NCBI GenBank assembly: GCA_024644015.1
Contig: JAHELV010000003.1
Span: 44,166-108,165 of the forward strand
Length of the DNA: 64,000 nt
Origin: Nitriliruptorales bacterium
GTDB taxonomy: Bacteria; Actinomycetota; Nitriliruptoria; Euzebyales; JAHELV01
Direction of reading: 5' to 3'
How positions within the stretch are numbered: position 1 is the stretch's first letter; each line of letters starts with the position of its first letter. Shown in pieces: positions 29,918 to 39,763 of the stretch. Under the pieces are notes generated by a model. That model ran no database searches. It had not been told where the DNA came from and saw only the letters and a program-made list of their open reading frames with translations. The translations under genes and the position numbers were made by a program.

Positions 29918-31556
29918 GCGCCGACTCCACGAGGTGCTCGCCCTGCGCGGGCTTCGGCGCCCCGAGAAGGAAGCCCTGCCCGAACGCCACTCCGAGCCCC
30001 CGCAGCGTGTCGAGCTGCTCGGCCGTCTCGATGCCTTCGGCGATCAACCGGCAGCCACTGCGCTGCGCGAAGTGCTGGAGCCCGGCCACCAGAGCCTGGC
30101 GGACCGGATCCGTGGCGATCCCATGCACCCAGCCGCGATCCAGCTTCGTGAACGCCGGCCGGAGTGCGAGCACGTGGGTGAGGCACGCGTAGCCCGACCC
30201 CGCGTCGTCGACCGACAGCCGGACCTGAGGGCCGAGCGCATCGACGGCCTGGCGGACCCGCGGATAGTCGTCGATGCGATCGTGCTCGGTCAGCTCGAGC
30301 ACCACGGGACGGTCGGCGAGCGACAGGATGTCCCCCAGGTCGGGGCACGCAACCAGCACCAACGGCGACACGTTCACGCTGATCATGCCGACCTCGGGAA
30401 GCGCCCGCAGAGCCGTGAGGGCGTTGGTGATCGTGGCGACTTCGAGCGCGACTCCCAGCCCGACCTCGGCGGCCTCGGCAAACCGCAGCTCGGGGCTGGT
30501 GCCGTCGTGGAAGCGCGTGAGCGCTTCGTGACCGATCACCCGCATCGTGTCGAGCTCGACGATCGGCTGGAACACCGTCGAGAAGGTGTGCTGGTCGATG
30601 ATCTGCCTGATCGCGCTGCGCAACGTCTCGGTCTGGCTCCAGCTCTGCAGCGACGGCGCGAGCAACGCGGCGGCGACGGCCGACACGTCGATCGCGAGCG
30701 ACAGGCTGCGACCGAACACGTCGCCGGTCGAGTCGCTGCCTGTCACGGCGAGGAGCCCCAGCAGGTCGCCCCGCGAGCGCAGCGGTGCCCACGCCGTCTC
30801 GCCGTGTGATCCCACCGGGTGCGCTGACGGCATCGTGCCGCCTACGGCCGGCGTTGCGCGCTCTGACCACGGGCCGGTGCCCGCCCGGTCCCGCAGGCGT
30901 GTCGCCAGCGACGCCGGCAACGGTCGCCCGATCCGGATCTGCGGTGCGTAGGTGCCGTGGAGTGCGAGCGGGATGATGGCGCCGTCACCGATGAACGCAT
31001 AGACACCGCTGCCGTCGAGACCGGGCAGCTGGGCAAGGCGGGAGCAGATCATCTCTGCCGTCTCGGATGGCGAGTGTGACGGGCGCCCCCTGGTCAGGGC
31101 GCTCAGCACCTGGTTTCGCTCGCGCATGCGTTTGCCGAGCACACTCAGCCACTCAGCCTGCCCGCGCAGCTGAGCCCGGACACGCGCGACGAGCTCCTGC
31201 ACGTGGATGGGCTTCGTCAGGTAGTCGTCGGCGCCAGACTCCAGGGCGGTCACGCGATGGTCGATGTCGGACTCGTCGGTCACGACGATCACTGGCAGGG
31301 TTCGGGAGTCCTCACGTTCGCGCAGGATCTGCAGCAGATTGGCCCCCGACGCGTCGGGAAGGTTGCTGTCGAGCAGCAGTGCCGCGATCTTGCGTTGTTC
31401 CAGGACTGCGAGTGCCTCGTCCCCGGTCGCGACAGCGATCGCGCGCACTCCCGCTGCACGCAGCACGCTGACGAACAGCGTGCGGATCGCTTGGTCGTCG
31501 TCAACGACGAGTACCGGGGCGGCCGCTTCGTCGTCCGGCAACCAATGTGCCGTCAC
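29910..31556 (-). CDS. Response-regulator receiver + unassigned middle domain + EAL c-di-GMP phosphodiesterase
   Basis: REC motifs: VLVVDDD...LLLDSNLPDASG...DDYLTKP. The EAL domain has a full catalytic set: GHEALTR, SVNVS, VLELTEH, VDDAGSGYA, TKLD, AEGIET, FGQGF. Confidence 0.88.
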   Translation of the reverse strand: MTAHWLPDDEAAAPVLVVDDDQAIRTLFVSVLRAAGVRAIAVATGDEALAVLEQRKIAALLLDSNLPDASGANLLQILREREDSRTLPVIVVTDESDIDHRVTALESGADDYLTKPIHVQELVARVRAQLRGQAEWLSVLGKRMRERNQVLSALTRGRPSHSPSETAEMICSRLAQLPGLDGSGVYAFIGDGAIIPLALHGTYAPQIRIGRPLPASLATRLRDRAGTGPWSERATPAVGGTMPSAHPVGSHGETAWAPLRSRGDLLGLLAVTGSDSTGDVFGRSLSLAIDVSAVAAALLAPSLQSWSQTETLRSAIRQIIDQHTFSTVFQPIVELDTMRVIGHEALTRFHDGTSPELRFAEAAEVGLGVALEVATITNALTALRALPEVGMISVNVSPLVLVACPDLGDILSLADRPVVLELTEHDRIDDYPRVRQAVDALGPQVRLSVDDAGSGYACLTHVLALRPAFTKLDRGWVHGIATDPVRQALVAGLQHFAQRSGCRLIAEGIETAEQLDTLRGLGVAFGQGFLLGAPKPAQGEHLVESALS

Positions 31557-31829
31557 ACGCTCCGCCTTGTTTCTCCGCTGGCTGAGTCTCTTGTCCGGCG
31601 GAGCCGATCCACCGGGTCGTCGGTGGACCTGCTCCGAACGTTTGACGCAAGGTAGTACCAGGGTGGCTCTTAGTACAAGTACTGTGATCCGATCGGCATG
31701 TCCACCGCCGGATCAAGCTCCGTGCAGTCGCGCCAGGGGCCGTGCAGACGGATTTGACGCTCGCGCTGCTCGCGTCCGTCTGGCGCGCGGGCGGTCGTCG
31801 GCACCGCCCGGCGGCGACGCGACTCGGTC

Positions 31830-33944
31830 TCAGCGGTCGACGACCGCCACCAGCGCCTCGACGGCAGCGGATGCCTCGAGGTCTGTGGTCGTGAGCGGCT
31901 GCCAGCCTCCAGGCGTGGGAACGGCCAGCGGAAGCCGCCAGTTCGGATACGAGTCGACGGTGCCGGGCACGTTGGGCGGCCGCGGATCGCCCACCGCGTC
32001 CCACAGCGCCACCGCCACCAACCTGGTGGGAGTCGACGCCAGGAACCGGTACATGGCGAGCACACGCCTTCGGACGTCACCGTCGTCGGCTCCCAGGCAG
32101 TCGTGCGCTCGCAGCAGCTCGAGCAACGAGTCGTGCTCGTCGACCAGTTTCCGCTCAGCCACCGCACGCGGCTCGACGAGCAGTCCGAGCTCCTCGCGTA
32201 GCACGAGCGCCGATCCGTCCCACCAGCCGGTCGCGGTGGGAAGGTCGTGGGTGGTCACGGACGCCAGGGCGTCCCGCGGGTAGCGGCTCGCAGGTCGCCG
32301 GCGCCCTTCGTCGACCTCGAAGTACAGGACCGCGCTGCCGGCGACGCCACGCCGGCGCATCAGCCGGCGGATCCGGTCGTCGACCGTTCCGAGGTCCTCG
32401 CCGATCACGATCGCGTCGGCGCGGTGAGCCTCGAGCGTCACGACCGCGAACTGCTCCTCGGCGGGATAGCGCACGTAGGTGCCCTCGGAAGGACTGGCGC
32501 CATCGGGAATCCAGAACCGGCGCGACAGCCCCAGGATGTGGTCGATCCGCAGCCCACCGCCGGCGGTCAACGCCGCCGCGAGGGTTTCGCGCAGGGTCCG
32601 GTAGCCGCGGGCACGCATGACATCGGGCAGTGGCGGTGGCTGCGCCCAGTTCTGGCCGTGCTGGTTGAACGCATCCGGCGGCGCGCCGACGCCCATCGCA
32701 CGGGCGAACTCGCCCGGCAACGACCACACGTCGGCGCCGCCGGGATCGACTCCGACCGCCAGGTCATGGATGATGCCCACCGCCATGCCCGCGGTGGTTG
32801 CCCGCTCCTGCGCCGCCCGCAGCTGGCGCGTGCACAGCAACTGCAGCCACGCGTGGAACGCGACCACGTCCTCGTGGTCCCGGGCCCACCGGTCCACGGC
32901 GTGGTGGCGGGGATCGCGCAGCGGCTCCGGCCAGCGCTCGAACGGCACGCCGTGGTGCTCCGCGATGGCACAGAAGACTGCGAACCGTTGGAGTGCGGCG
33001 CCCCGTTCGTCCCGGAATTCCGCCAGCTGTGCCCGTCGTGGGGCGCCGGACAGCCCGAACAGCCGCCACAGCGCCGCACGTTTGACACGCCAGACGGCAT
33101 CGCGGTCGATGCGCTCGCTGTCGGGCGACAGCCCGTGCGGCAACGTGCGCCAGCGCTCCTGCTCGTCTGGAGCCAGCGCCGAGAACTCCTCGACGTCCGG
33201 CACGTGCAGGTAGCAGGGGTTGAAGAACCGCCGGCTGGTCGGCGAGTACGGCGACGGTTGGACCGGCGTGACCGGCGCGCACGCGTGTACCGGGTTGATC
33301 AGCGCGAAGTCGGCGCCGTGCCGCGCGCCCCACTCGGTCACTGCAGCCAGGTCGCGGAACTCGCCCTGTCCCCAGCTTGCCGGCGACCGGACCGCGTAGA
33401 GCTGGAGCATCCAGCCCCAGCGCCGCGCGTCCCCGAGCAGCGGGGCGTGGGCGGGTGCCACCACGACCGTGCACGTCGCGGCCGGCCGGTCGTCGTCGAG
33501 CGTGAGCCGGTGATATCCGAGTGGCAGATCGGCGGCCAGCGCGACCGTCCCACGTCTCCGCGCGCCTCCCGGCAGATCGACACGGCCGCCCCACGACACG
33601 GCCGGCAACCGAGCGACGGAGCCGTCCTCGAGCGTCAGTCGCAACCGCGGACGCACGTCTGCTGCACAGCTGATCGTGACGTGCGTGCCGCGCCCGGAGG
33701 CGGCGGCGCCGCGCCAGACGACGGCGACCGGGTCGATCGGCCGGGTCCATGGCCGCCGTCGCAGCGCGCGCAACGACCTCATCGCGGCCTCGTCGTCGGC
33801 GCAGGGATGCCCGAGTTCGGTGAGCGCCGCGCGCAGCGTGGAGTCCGGCGGGCGATGTGTGGCACCGGACGCGCTGTAGGCATCCGCCACGCCCGCGGCG
33901 CGGGCGAGCCGACGAAGTGCGGTCGATCCGTGAGGTGGAGGCAT
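31830..33944 (-). CDS. malQ: 4-alpha-glucanotransferase (amylomaltase, GH77)
   Basis: About 704 aa from the ATG at 33944. GH77-like segments WGWMLQLYAVRS, FALINPVHA, IIHDLAVGVDPGGADVW, LRIDHILGL, IGEDLGTV, TTHDLPT. Confidence 0.9.
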   Translation of the reverse strand: MPPPHGSTALRRLARAAGVADAYSASGATHRPPDSTLRAALTELGHPCADDEAAMRSLRALRRRPWTRPIDPVAVVWRGAAASGRGTHVTISCAADVRPRLRLTLEDGSVARLPAVSWGGRVDLPGGARRRGTVALAADLPLGYHRLTLDDDRPAATCTVVVAPAHAPLLGDARRWGWMLQLYAVRSPASWGQGEFRDLAAVTEWGARHGADFALINPVHACAPVTPVQPSPYSPTSRRFFNPCYLHVPDVEEFSALAPDEQERWRTLPHGLSPDSERIDRDAVWRVKRAALWRLFGLSGAPRRAQLAEFRDERGAALQRFAVFCAIAEHHGVPFERWPEPLRDPRHHAVDRWARDHEDVVAFHAWLQLLCTRQLRAAQERATTAGMAVGIIHDLAVGVDPGGADVWSLPGEFARAMGVGAPPDAFNQHGQNWAQPPPLPDVMRARGYRTLRETLAAALTAGGGLRIDHILGLSRRFWIPDGASPSEGTYVRYPAEEQFAVVTLEAHRADAIVIGEDLGTVDDRIRRLMRRRGVAGSAVLYFEVDEGRRRPASRYPRDALASVTTHDLPTATGWWDGSALVLREELGLLVEPRAVAERKLVDEHDSLLELLRAHDCLGADDGDVRRRVLAMYRFLASTPTRLVAVALWDAVGDPRPPNVPGTVDSYPNWRLPLAVPTPGGWQPLTTTDLEASAAVEALVAVVDR

Positions 33945-34014
33945 GCGTGATCTCGTCGGCGAAACGACAGCGGGTCCCGTCGTGCGACGGGACCCGCGCG
34001 ACGTACAGCTGACC

Positions 34015-34464
34015 CTAGCCGGGCCGCCCGCTGACCCGTGTCTCCTCAAGACCGCCGGTCTTCTTCCACATGTCGTCGATCTCGTCGACGAGGTCGAGCA
34101 GCTTGCGACCCTCGGCCGGATCCATGCTCCGCTTGACCTCGGAGCACTGCTTCAGGGCGCGCCAGAAAGTGTCCTGCAGGTTGGGGAACTGGTCGAGGTG
34201 ATCTGGCTTGAAGCGGTCGCTGTACAGCACCGAGATGTGGTGCTTGGCGAGCTCTGCGCGCTCCTCCTTGACAATGACGCACCGCTGGCGGAACGTCTCG
34301 TCGTCGGAGTCCTGGTACTTCTGGGCGATCTTGTAGCAGGACTCGGCTTCGATCCGCGCCTGCTCCGGGTCATAGATGCCGCACGGGATGTCGCAGTGGG
34401 CGTGGACCGTGGTGGGCGCCGCCACACGGTCGATCATCGCGAGCAGTCGGGTGGTGATGTTCAT
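34015..34464 (-). CDS. sodN: Nickel superoxide dismutase precursor
   Basis: 149 aa. Propeptide ...TTVHA, then the Ni-hook HCDIPCGIYDP. AAGGAG lies 10 nt upstream of the ATG. Confidence 0.95.
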   Translation of the reverse strand: MNITTRLLAMIDRVAAPTTVHAHCDIPCGIYDPEQARIEAESCYKIAQKYQDSDDETFRQRCVIVKEERAELAKHHISVLYSDRFKPDHLDQFPNLQDTFWRALKQCSEVKRSMDPAEGRKLLDLVDEIDDMWKKTGGLEETRVSGRPG

Positions 34465-34518
34465 CGGTTTCAGACTCCTTGGAACCCTCGGAAGCGCCGG
34501 TCACGTCATTCGGACCCG

Positions 34519-34524
34519 TAGGGT
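34519..34524 (+). promoter_or_regulatory. Candidate -10 (TAGGGT) for leaderless sodX transcript
   Basis: TAGGGT, then 6 nt (atccgt), then GTG at 34531, in the 66-bp sodN/sodX divergent spacer. Confidence 0.35.
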
Positions 34525-34530
34525 ATCCGT

Positions 34531-34974
34531 GTGCTCCGTCCGATAATCATGGTGCTCGGTGTCGCGACCGCCGTCGTCTGGGCGCGGCGGACCGTCCGGC
34601 ACGCGCTCGTCGCCGGACCGAGCATGCTGCCGACGCTCGCGCCGGGAGACCGGCTGGTGCTGATCCGCACCCACCGGAACCCACGAGTGGGGCAACTGGT
34701 CATGGTCGGCGACCCGCGCGCCCCCCACCGGGCCCTGCTCAAGCGCGTGCACGCCGTGGACGGCGACGCGGTCGACGTCCGTGGCGACAACGCCGCGGCC
34801 AGCACCGACAGCCGCGCCTTCGGTACGCTGCCGGCCGCCGCGGTCGATGCCTGCCTGGCCTGGCGCTACGCCCCGATCAGTCGGGTCGGGCTCGTCGGTG
34901 ACCGGGGCGGAGGTCTCAGCGCGTCGCGTGTTCCGGCAGATCGACGGCGAAGTCACCGATCGGCCCGGCGATGA
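34531..34974 (+). CDS. sodX: Ni-SOD maturation protease SodX (S26 signal-peptidase family)
   Basis: 147 aa. N-terminal TM helix, the S26 catalytic Ser motif GPSMLPTL, the [11 protein letters not shown] box and [11 protein letters not shown]. Divergent from sodN. The 3' end overlaps ino1 convergently by 59 nt. Confidence 0.8.
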   Translation: MLRPIIMVLGVATAVVWARRTVRHALVAGPSMLPTLAPGDRLVLIRTHRNPRVGQLVMVGDPRAPHRALLKRVHAVDGDAVDVRGDNAAASTDSRAFGTLPAAAVDACLAWRYAPISRVGLVGDRGGGLSASRVPADRRRSHRSARR

Positions 34975-36046
34975 ACTCCTCGACCATCCGGTGGCAGACA
35001 TCGTCGGTGAACTGGGCCGGTGGCGACTTCATGAAGTAGCTGGAGGGCCCCAGCAACGGTCCGCCGATACCGCGGTCGAGGGCCAGCTTCGCGCACCGCA
35101 CGGCGTCGATGACCACGCCGGCCGAGTTCGGGGAGTCCCAGACCTCGAGCTTGATCTCGACGCTGATCGGCACGTCGCCGAAGTTCCGGCCCTCCATGCG
35201 GATGTAGGCCCACTTGCGGTCCTCGAGCCAGGGCACGTGATCGCTCGGGCCGATGTGGATGTTGTCGCGACCGATGGGTGCGTCGAGCTGGCTGGTGACG
35301 GACTGGGTCTTTGACACCTTCTTCGACGTCAGCCGGTTGCGCTCCAGCATGTTCATGAAGTCCATGTTCCCGCCGAAGTTCAACTGGTAGGTGCGGTCGA
35401 TCGCCGCGCCCCGGTCCTCGAACAGGCGGGTGAGCATGCGGTGGGTGATGGTCGCACCGACCTGCGACTTGATGTCGTCGCCGACGATCGGCACACCGGC
35501 CGCGGTGAAGCGGTCGGCCCATGCCGGATCGCTGGCGATGAACACCGGCAGGCAGTTGACGACCGCAACACCTGCTGCGAGCGCCTGCTCCGCGTAGTGA
35601 CGCGCTGCAGCCTCCGACCCGACTGGCAGGTAGTTGACCAGCACGTCGGCACGGCTCTCGCGCAGGACCTCGGCGACATCGACGACCGCCGCGTCGCTCT
35701 CTTCGCTGACGGCGCGGTAGTACTCACCGAACCCGTCGAGCGTCGGGCCCCGCTGGACGTCCACTCCGATCGGCGGCACCTCCGCGAACTGGATGGTGTT
35801 GTTCGGTGGCGCGACGATGGCCTCCGACAGGTCGCGTCCGACCTTCTTGGCGTCGACGTCGAACGCGGCGACGAACTCCAGGTCGCCGACGTGATAGCCC
35901 CCCACATCGACGTGCATCAGACCGGGCACGTCACCGTCGGGCTGGGCGTCGGCGTAGTAGTGCACGCCCTGCACCAGCGAACTGGCGCAGTTGCCGACCC
36001 CGACGACAGCGACGCGGACGGGGGATGCTGATCGGTGTGTGCCCAT
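34916..36046 (-). CDS. ino1: myo-inositol-1-phosphate synthase
   Basis: 376 aa. [45 protein letters not shown], and [11 protein letters not shown]. Confidence 0.95.
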   Translation of the reverse strand: MGTHRSASPVRVAVVGVGNCASSLVQGVHYYADAQPDGDVPGLMHVDVGGYHVGDLEFVAAFDVDAKKVGRDLSEAIVAPPNNTIQFAEVPPIGVDVQRGPTLDGFGEYYRAVSEESDAAVVDVAEVLRESRADVLVNYLPVGSEAAARHYAEQALAAGVAVVNCLPVFIASDPAWADRFTAAGVPIVGDDIKSQVGATITHRMLTRLFEDRGAAIDRTYQLNFGGNMDFMNMLERNRLTSKKVSKTQSVTSQLDAPIGRDNIHIGPSDHVPWLEDRKWAYIRMEGRNFGDVPISVEIKLEVWDSPNSAGVVIDAVRCAKLALDRGIGGPLLGPSSYFMKSPPAQFTDDVCHRMVEEFIAGPIGDFAVDLPEHATR

Positions 36047-36097
36047 TACGTGTGTACTCCTTGCGTCGACGCCGGAGCGCCGCTCGCTGATCGATGA

Positions 36098-36748
36098 TCA
36101 GGCTCGAGGTTCCTGCCGCCCCGATGTCGGCGTCGTCGGTGACGCCGGTGGGCCGGTGGTGTCGTGCGGGTTCGCCGCTGCCGTGCGGGGATCGTCGGCG
36201 ACGTCAGGTTCGCCGCGGTCCTCGGTGATGCGGACGCGTTCGGCGGCGATCAACTCGTCGAGCCAGACGAGGTCGTTGTTGATGCCGTTGAGGCCGTGAC
36301 GCATCAGCGCGATCGTGTAGGTGTCAGCGCGGAGCCGCAGCGCGCGATCAAGGGCGCGCTCGGCCTGTGCGAGGCGTTCGTGAAGGTATGACCGGCGTCG
36401 CTCGAGCAGGCGCAGCCGGATCTCGGGTCGCAGATAGCGGAAGAACGCCAGCCGCAACGGAAACTTCTCTTCCTCCAGTGTGTTGGAGTCGAGCTCGCCG
36501 AGCAGTTCGAGGAAGTCCGCCTCCCCCGCGTCGGTGATGCGGTACTCCTGCTTTCTGCGCAGGCGCTCCTCAGCGTCGCTGGGCACCTTCTCGACCACAC
36601 CACGACGCTCGAGCTTCTTCAGCGTCGGATACAGCGAACCGAATGAGACGGTCCAGAACAGACCGAGCTTCTGGGCGAGCTGCTTGCGCAGCTCGTAACC
36701 ATGCATCGGGCGCTCCTTGAGCAACCCCAGGATGGCCAGTTCCAGCAC
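36098..36748 (-). CDS. PadR-family transcriptional regulator
   Basis: LELAILGLLKERPMHGYELRKQL...FGSLYPTLKKLERRGVV is a PadR winged helix. Start taken as GTG 36748; the track start at 36829 would place the tandem repeat below inside the coding sequence. Confidence 0.85.
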   Translation of the reverse strand: MLELAILGLLKERPMHGYELRKQLAQKLGLFWTVSFGSLYPTLKKLERRGVVEKVPSDAEERLRRKQEYRITDAGEADFLELLGELDSNTLEEEKFPLRLAFFRYLRPEIRLRLLERRRSYLHERLAQAERALDRALRLRADTYTIALMRHGLNGINNDLVWLDELIAAERVRITEDRGEPDVADDPRTAAANPHDTTGPPASPTTPTSGRQEPRA

Positions 36749-36787
36749 GCGCAGATCCTTGAAATGGGAGGTTCGACACCGCAAGTC

Positions 36788-36812
36788 TATCGCGCCGATG
36801 TATCGCGCCGAT
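36788..36812. repeat. Tandem 13-bp direct repeat TATCGCGCCGAT(g)TATCGCGCCGAT, candidate operator
   Basis: Two adjacent copies, 12 of 12 identical cores at 36788-36799 and 36801-36812. Each contains the small inverted repeat ATCG-N3-CGAT. Lies in the padR / DUF5318 divergent spacer. Confidence 0.4.
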
Positions 36813-36916
36813 ATGTCTTGCCGCAACAACCTGAACGATCGGTCAGGATGGGGCGGCGAACCCGGACCCGCCCCCAGTCGCAGTCGGGAACCCGCCTACA
36901 CTTGCCCGTAACGAAG

Positions 36917-37318
36917 ATGCAGGGCTCGACGGACTATCAGATGGCCAAGCGGGCGATCGTGCGCCAGGTATCGCAGGGCACGATCTCCGTTCGCGACGTC
37001 TGCGACGCGCATCCCGAGCTGCTCCGGGCGGCGCGCAACATCGGCACCCCTAGTGATCGTCAATGCCCGATCTGTGAGCTGGCGGATCAGCGGGCCAGGG
37101 TCCCCGCCGACGACAGCTCGTCGCTGCGGTTGGTCACCTACGTGTTCGGCAGGGACCTGCGACGACGGTCGGGCAGCCCCGTGTGGAGCAGGCAGGAGCT
37201 GCTGGATCTGGCCGCCGACCATCACTCGTTCACTGCCTACACGGTCGAGTGCTGCCTGGCCTGCGGCTGGAACCACCTCCACGAGAGCGTCCTGATGGGG
37301 CGGGCACACCAGGCATAG
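36917..37318 (+). CDS. DUF5318-like Cys-rich protein (Rv0049-like position)
   Basis: 133 aa from the ATG at 36917. Begins MQGSTDYQMAKRAIVRQVSQGTISVRDVCDAHPELLRAARN and carries CPICE and CCLACGWNHL Cys pairs. Sits between padR and ponA as in mycobacteria (from memory). Confidence 0.6.
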   Translation: MQGSTDYQMAKRAIVRQVSQGTISVRDVCDAHPELLRAARNIGTPSDRQCPICELADQRARVPADDSSSLRLVTYVFGRDLRRRSGSPVWSRQELLDLAADHHSFTAYTVECCLACGWNHLHESVLMGRAHQA

Positions 37319-37333
37319 CCGGCGTGATCGGAC

Positions 37334-39718
37334 GTGGACGTGGGTGTCCGCACACGCACGGAGCTGTCCGACCGGTACCTGCGACGTTCCATTGCGGTGG
37401 CAGACTCGTTGCTCATGAACACGCCGCACCCGCCGCGGACACTGCATGCTTCGCCCACGACCCGGGCACGAGAGCGTGCCGGCTGGAGTCCGCCGCGCCA
37501 GCCGTCCCGGTCGCGCGCCAGGCGTCGCCCACGGTGGTATCGCCGCCCCAGCTTCTGGTTCGGACTGCTGCTCGTCGTCGTGCTGATCGTGCTCACGATT
37601 GGTGGCGCCGTCGTCTATGCGGTGGCCACCGTGCCGCTGCCGAGCTCACTCGACACGTCGCCGACCGTCGTGCTCGACGTCCGCGGCCGCGAGATCGGTG
37701 AGCTGTACGTCGAGGCGACGCGCGAAGACGTCGACCTCGACCAGATCCCCGAACACACCCGGCAGGCCGTGCTCGCCGCCGAGGACGCGGGGTTCTACGA
37801 GCACCCCGGCGTCAGCGTGGCCGGGATCGTCCGCGCCGCGCTCCGCAACATCCAGTCGGGCGAGGTGCGTCAGGGCGGGTCGACGATCAGCCAGCAGTAC
37901 GTCAAGAGCGTGACCGGCGACACCGAACAGACCGCGATGCGCAAGGCGCGGGAAGCGGTGCTCGCGATGAAGCTGGAGCGCGAGGTCTCCAAGGACCAGA
38001 TCCTCGAGTGGTACCTGAACACCATCTATTTCGGGCGTGGTGCGTACGGCATTCAGGCCGCGTCGCGGGCCTACTTCGACAAGAACGTCAGCAAGCTCAC
38101 CCTGGCGGAGTCGGCGCTGCTCGCTGGGTTCATCCCGGCGCCGTCCGCGTCGGACCCGGTCGAACACCCCGAGCGGGCGGCCGAGCGCTACGGCTATGTG
38201 ATCGATCAGCTGCGCGCGCACGAGTGGATCAGCGACGCAGAGGCGGCTGAGCTCGGCGCCAACCAGCCCGCCGTGACGCCCAAAGCCAAACGGCGGTCCG
38301 GCACGGCCTCGTTCTTCATGGACATGGTCGAGAAGGAGCTCGCGGACCGCCTCGGCGAAGATCAGGCCTACCGCGGGCTGACGGTCACGACCACGCTGAA
38401 CCTGCGGATGCAGCGCACCGCCGAGAAGGTCTACGACCAGCGCTTCGACCAGTTGCGCGACGACCTTCGGGCCCAGGCGGGTGACAACGTCGAGATCCCC
38501 ACGGGTGCCCTGGTGTCGCTCGACCCCGACAATGGCGCGATCCGGGCCCTGGTCGGTGGTCGCAACTACGCTCGCGACCAGTACAACCTGGCCACCGGGG
38601 GGCCCGACAGGCTCGGACGGCAGCCCGGGTCGACGTTCAAGCCGTGGGCCCTGGCCGCATGGATCGCCAGTGGCAAATCCCCCGAAAGCCGCTTCGACGG
38701 ACCGTCGACCATCACGTTCAGCCCCGAGGAGAGCGGCGACCCCAACGGGTGGGAGGTGTCCAACTACGGCGGATACGGCTACGGATCGACGACGCTGCGC
38801 GAAGCCACCTGGAAGTCGATCAACACGGTGTTCGCCCAGGTCGCGCTCGACGTCGGCCCCGAACAGATCGCCAGCCTCGCCGAAGACGCCGGCATCACCT
38901 CGCGGCTCGACGCCAACCCGTCCATCGTGCTCGGCGCCGAGGAGGTGACGCCACTGGACCTCGCATCGGCGTACAACACGTTGGCCAGCGGTGGCGTGTC
39001 GCGGGTCCCACGCACGATCGCCAAGGTCGAGCGTGACGGCGACCTGCTGTACAAACCCAGAACGCATCGTCGGCGTGTGCTCGACGAAGACGTCGCCTGG
39101 ACCACAGTGGACGTCCTGCGCGGCGTCATCGACCAGGGCACCGGCACCGCCGCCCAGATCGGGCGGCCCGCGGCCGGCAAGACCGGCACGACGCAGAACG
39201 GTGCCGACGCGTGGTTCGCCGGATTCACGCCTGATCTGACCACCGTCACGTGGATGGGGTACCGCGACTCCAACGAAGCCATGCCGGGCGCGCCCACCGG
39301 TGGGGGCTTTCCCGCGCAGCTGTGGGCCGAGTACATGACCGAGGCCCTCGAGAACACCGATCCGAACGACTTCCCTGCGCCGAGCGGCGATTTCGAGGTC
39401 GTCGGCGAATCCGCTCCGGCGCCGACCACCGCACCCGAACCCCAGCCAGAGCCCAACGACGAGCCCACGATCGACCCGCAGCCGTCAGCGCCCCCGCCGG
39501 AGCCCGAACCGGCCCCCGAGCCGTCCCTGCCCGCGCCACAGGGCGATCCGCCACCGGACGAGCCCCCACCCACCGTGGACGAACCCGGGCAACCGCCGCC
39601 CGATCAGGCCGGTGGTCAGGCCGGGCCGCCAAATCCCGGGCGGGGAGCACAGGCGGCGCCAGGTGACCCTGCAGTCGAAGCCGCGGACGCGCCGCCACCG
39701 CCAGCAGATTCCGCCTGA
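37334..39718 (+). CDS. ponA: Class A penicillin-binding protein (transglycosylase/transpeptidase, PonA1-like)
   Basis: GT51 motifs EDAGFYEHPGV and GGSTISQQY. Transpeptidase motifs STFKP, SIN and KTGTT. Pro-rich C-terminal tail. Start is either 37334 (GTG) or the ATG at 37415. Confidence 0.92.
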   Translation: MDVGVRTRTELSDRYLRRSIAVADSLLMNTPHPPRTLHASPTTRARERAGWSPPRQPSRSRARRRPRWYRRPSFWFGLLLVVVLIVLTIGGAVVYAVATVPLPSSLDTSPTVVLDVRGREIGELYVEATREDVDLDQIPEHTRQAVLAAEDAGFYEHPGVSVAGIVRAALRNIQSGEVRQGGSTISQQYVKSVTGDTEQTAMRKAREAVLAMKLEREVSKDQILEWYLNTIYFGRGAYGIQAASRAYFDKNVSKLTLAESALLAGFIPAPSASDPVEHPERAAERYGYVIDQLRAHEWISDAEAAELGANQPAVTPKAKRRSGTASFFMDMVEKELADRLGEDQAYRGLTVTTTLNLRMQRTAEKVYDQRFDQLRDDLRAQAGDNVEIPTGALVSLDPDNGAIRALVGGRNYARDQYNLATGGPDRLGRQPGSTFKPWALAAWIASGKSPESRFDGPSTITFSPEESGDPNGWEVSNYGGYGYGSTTLREATWKSINTVFAQVALDVGPEQIASLAEDAGITSRLDANPSIVLGAEEVTPLDLASAYNTLASGGVSRVPRTIAKVERDGDLLYKPRTHRRRVLDEDVAWTTVDVLRGVIDQGTGTAAQIGRPAAGKTGTTQNGADAWFAGFTPDLTTVTWMGYRDSNEAMPGAPTGGGFPAQLWAEYMTEALENTDPNDFPAPSGDFEVVGESAPAPTTAPEPQPEPNDEPTIDPQPSAPPPEPEPAPEPSLPAPQGDPPPDEPPPTVDEPGQPPPDQAGGQAGPPNPGRGAQAAPGDPAVEAADAPPPPADSA

Positions 39719-39763
39719 CGGCTCAGACCTCCCGTTCAGCCGGCGCGTGGCCGTGGCGTCGTG

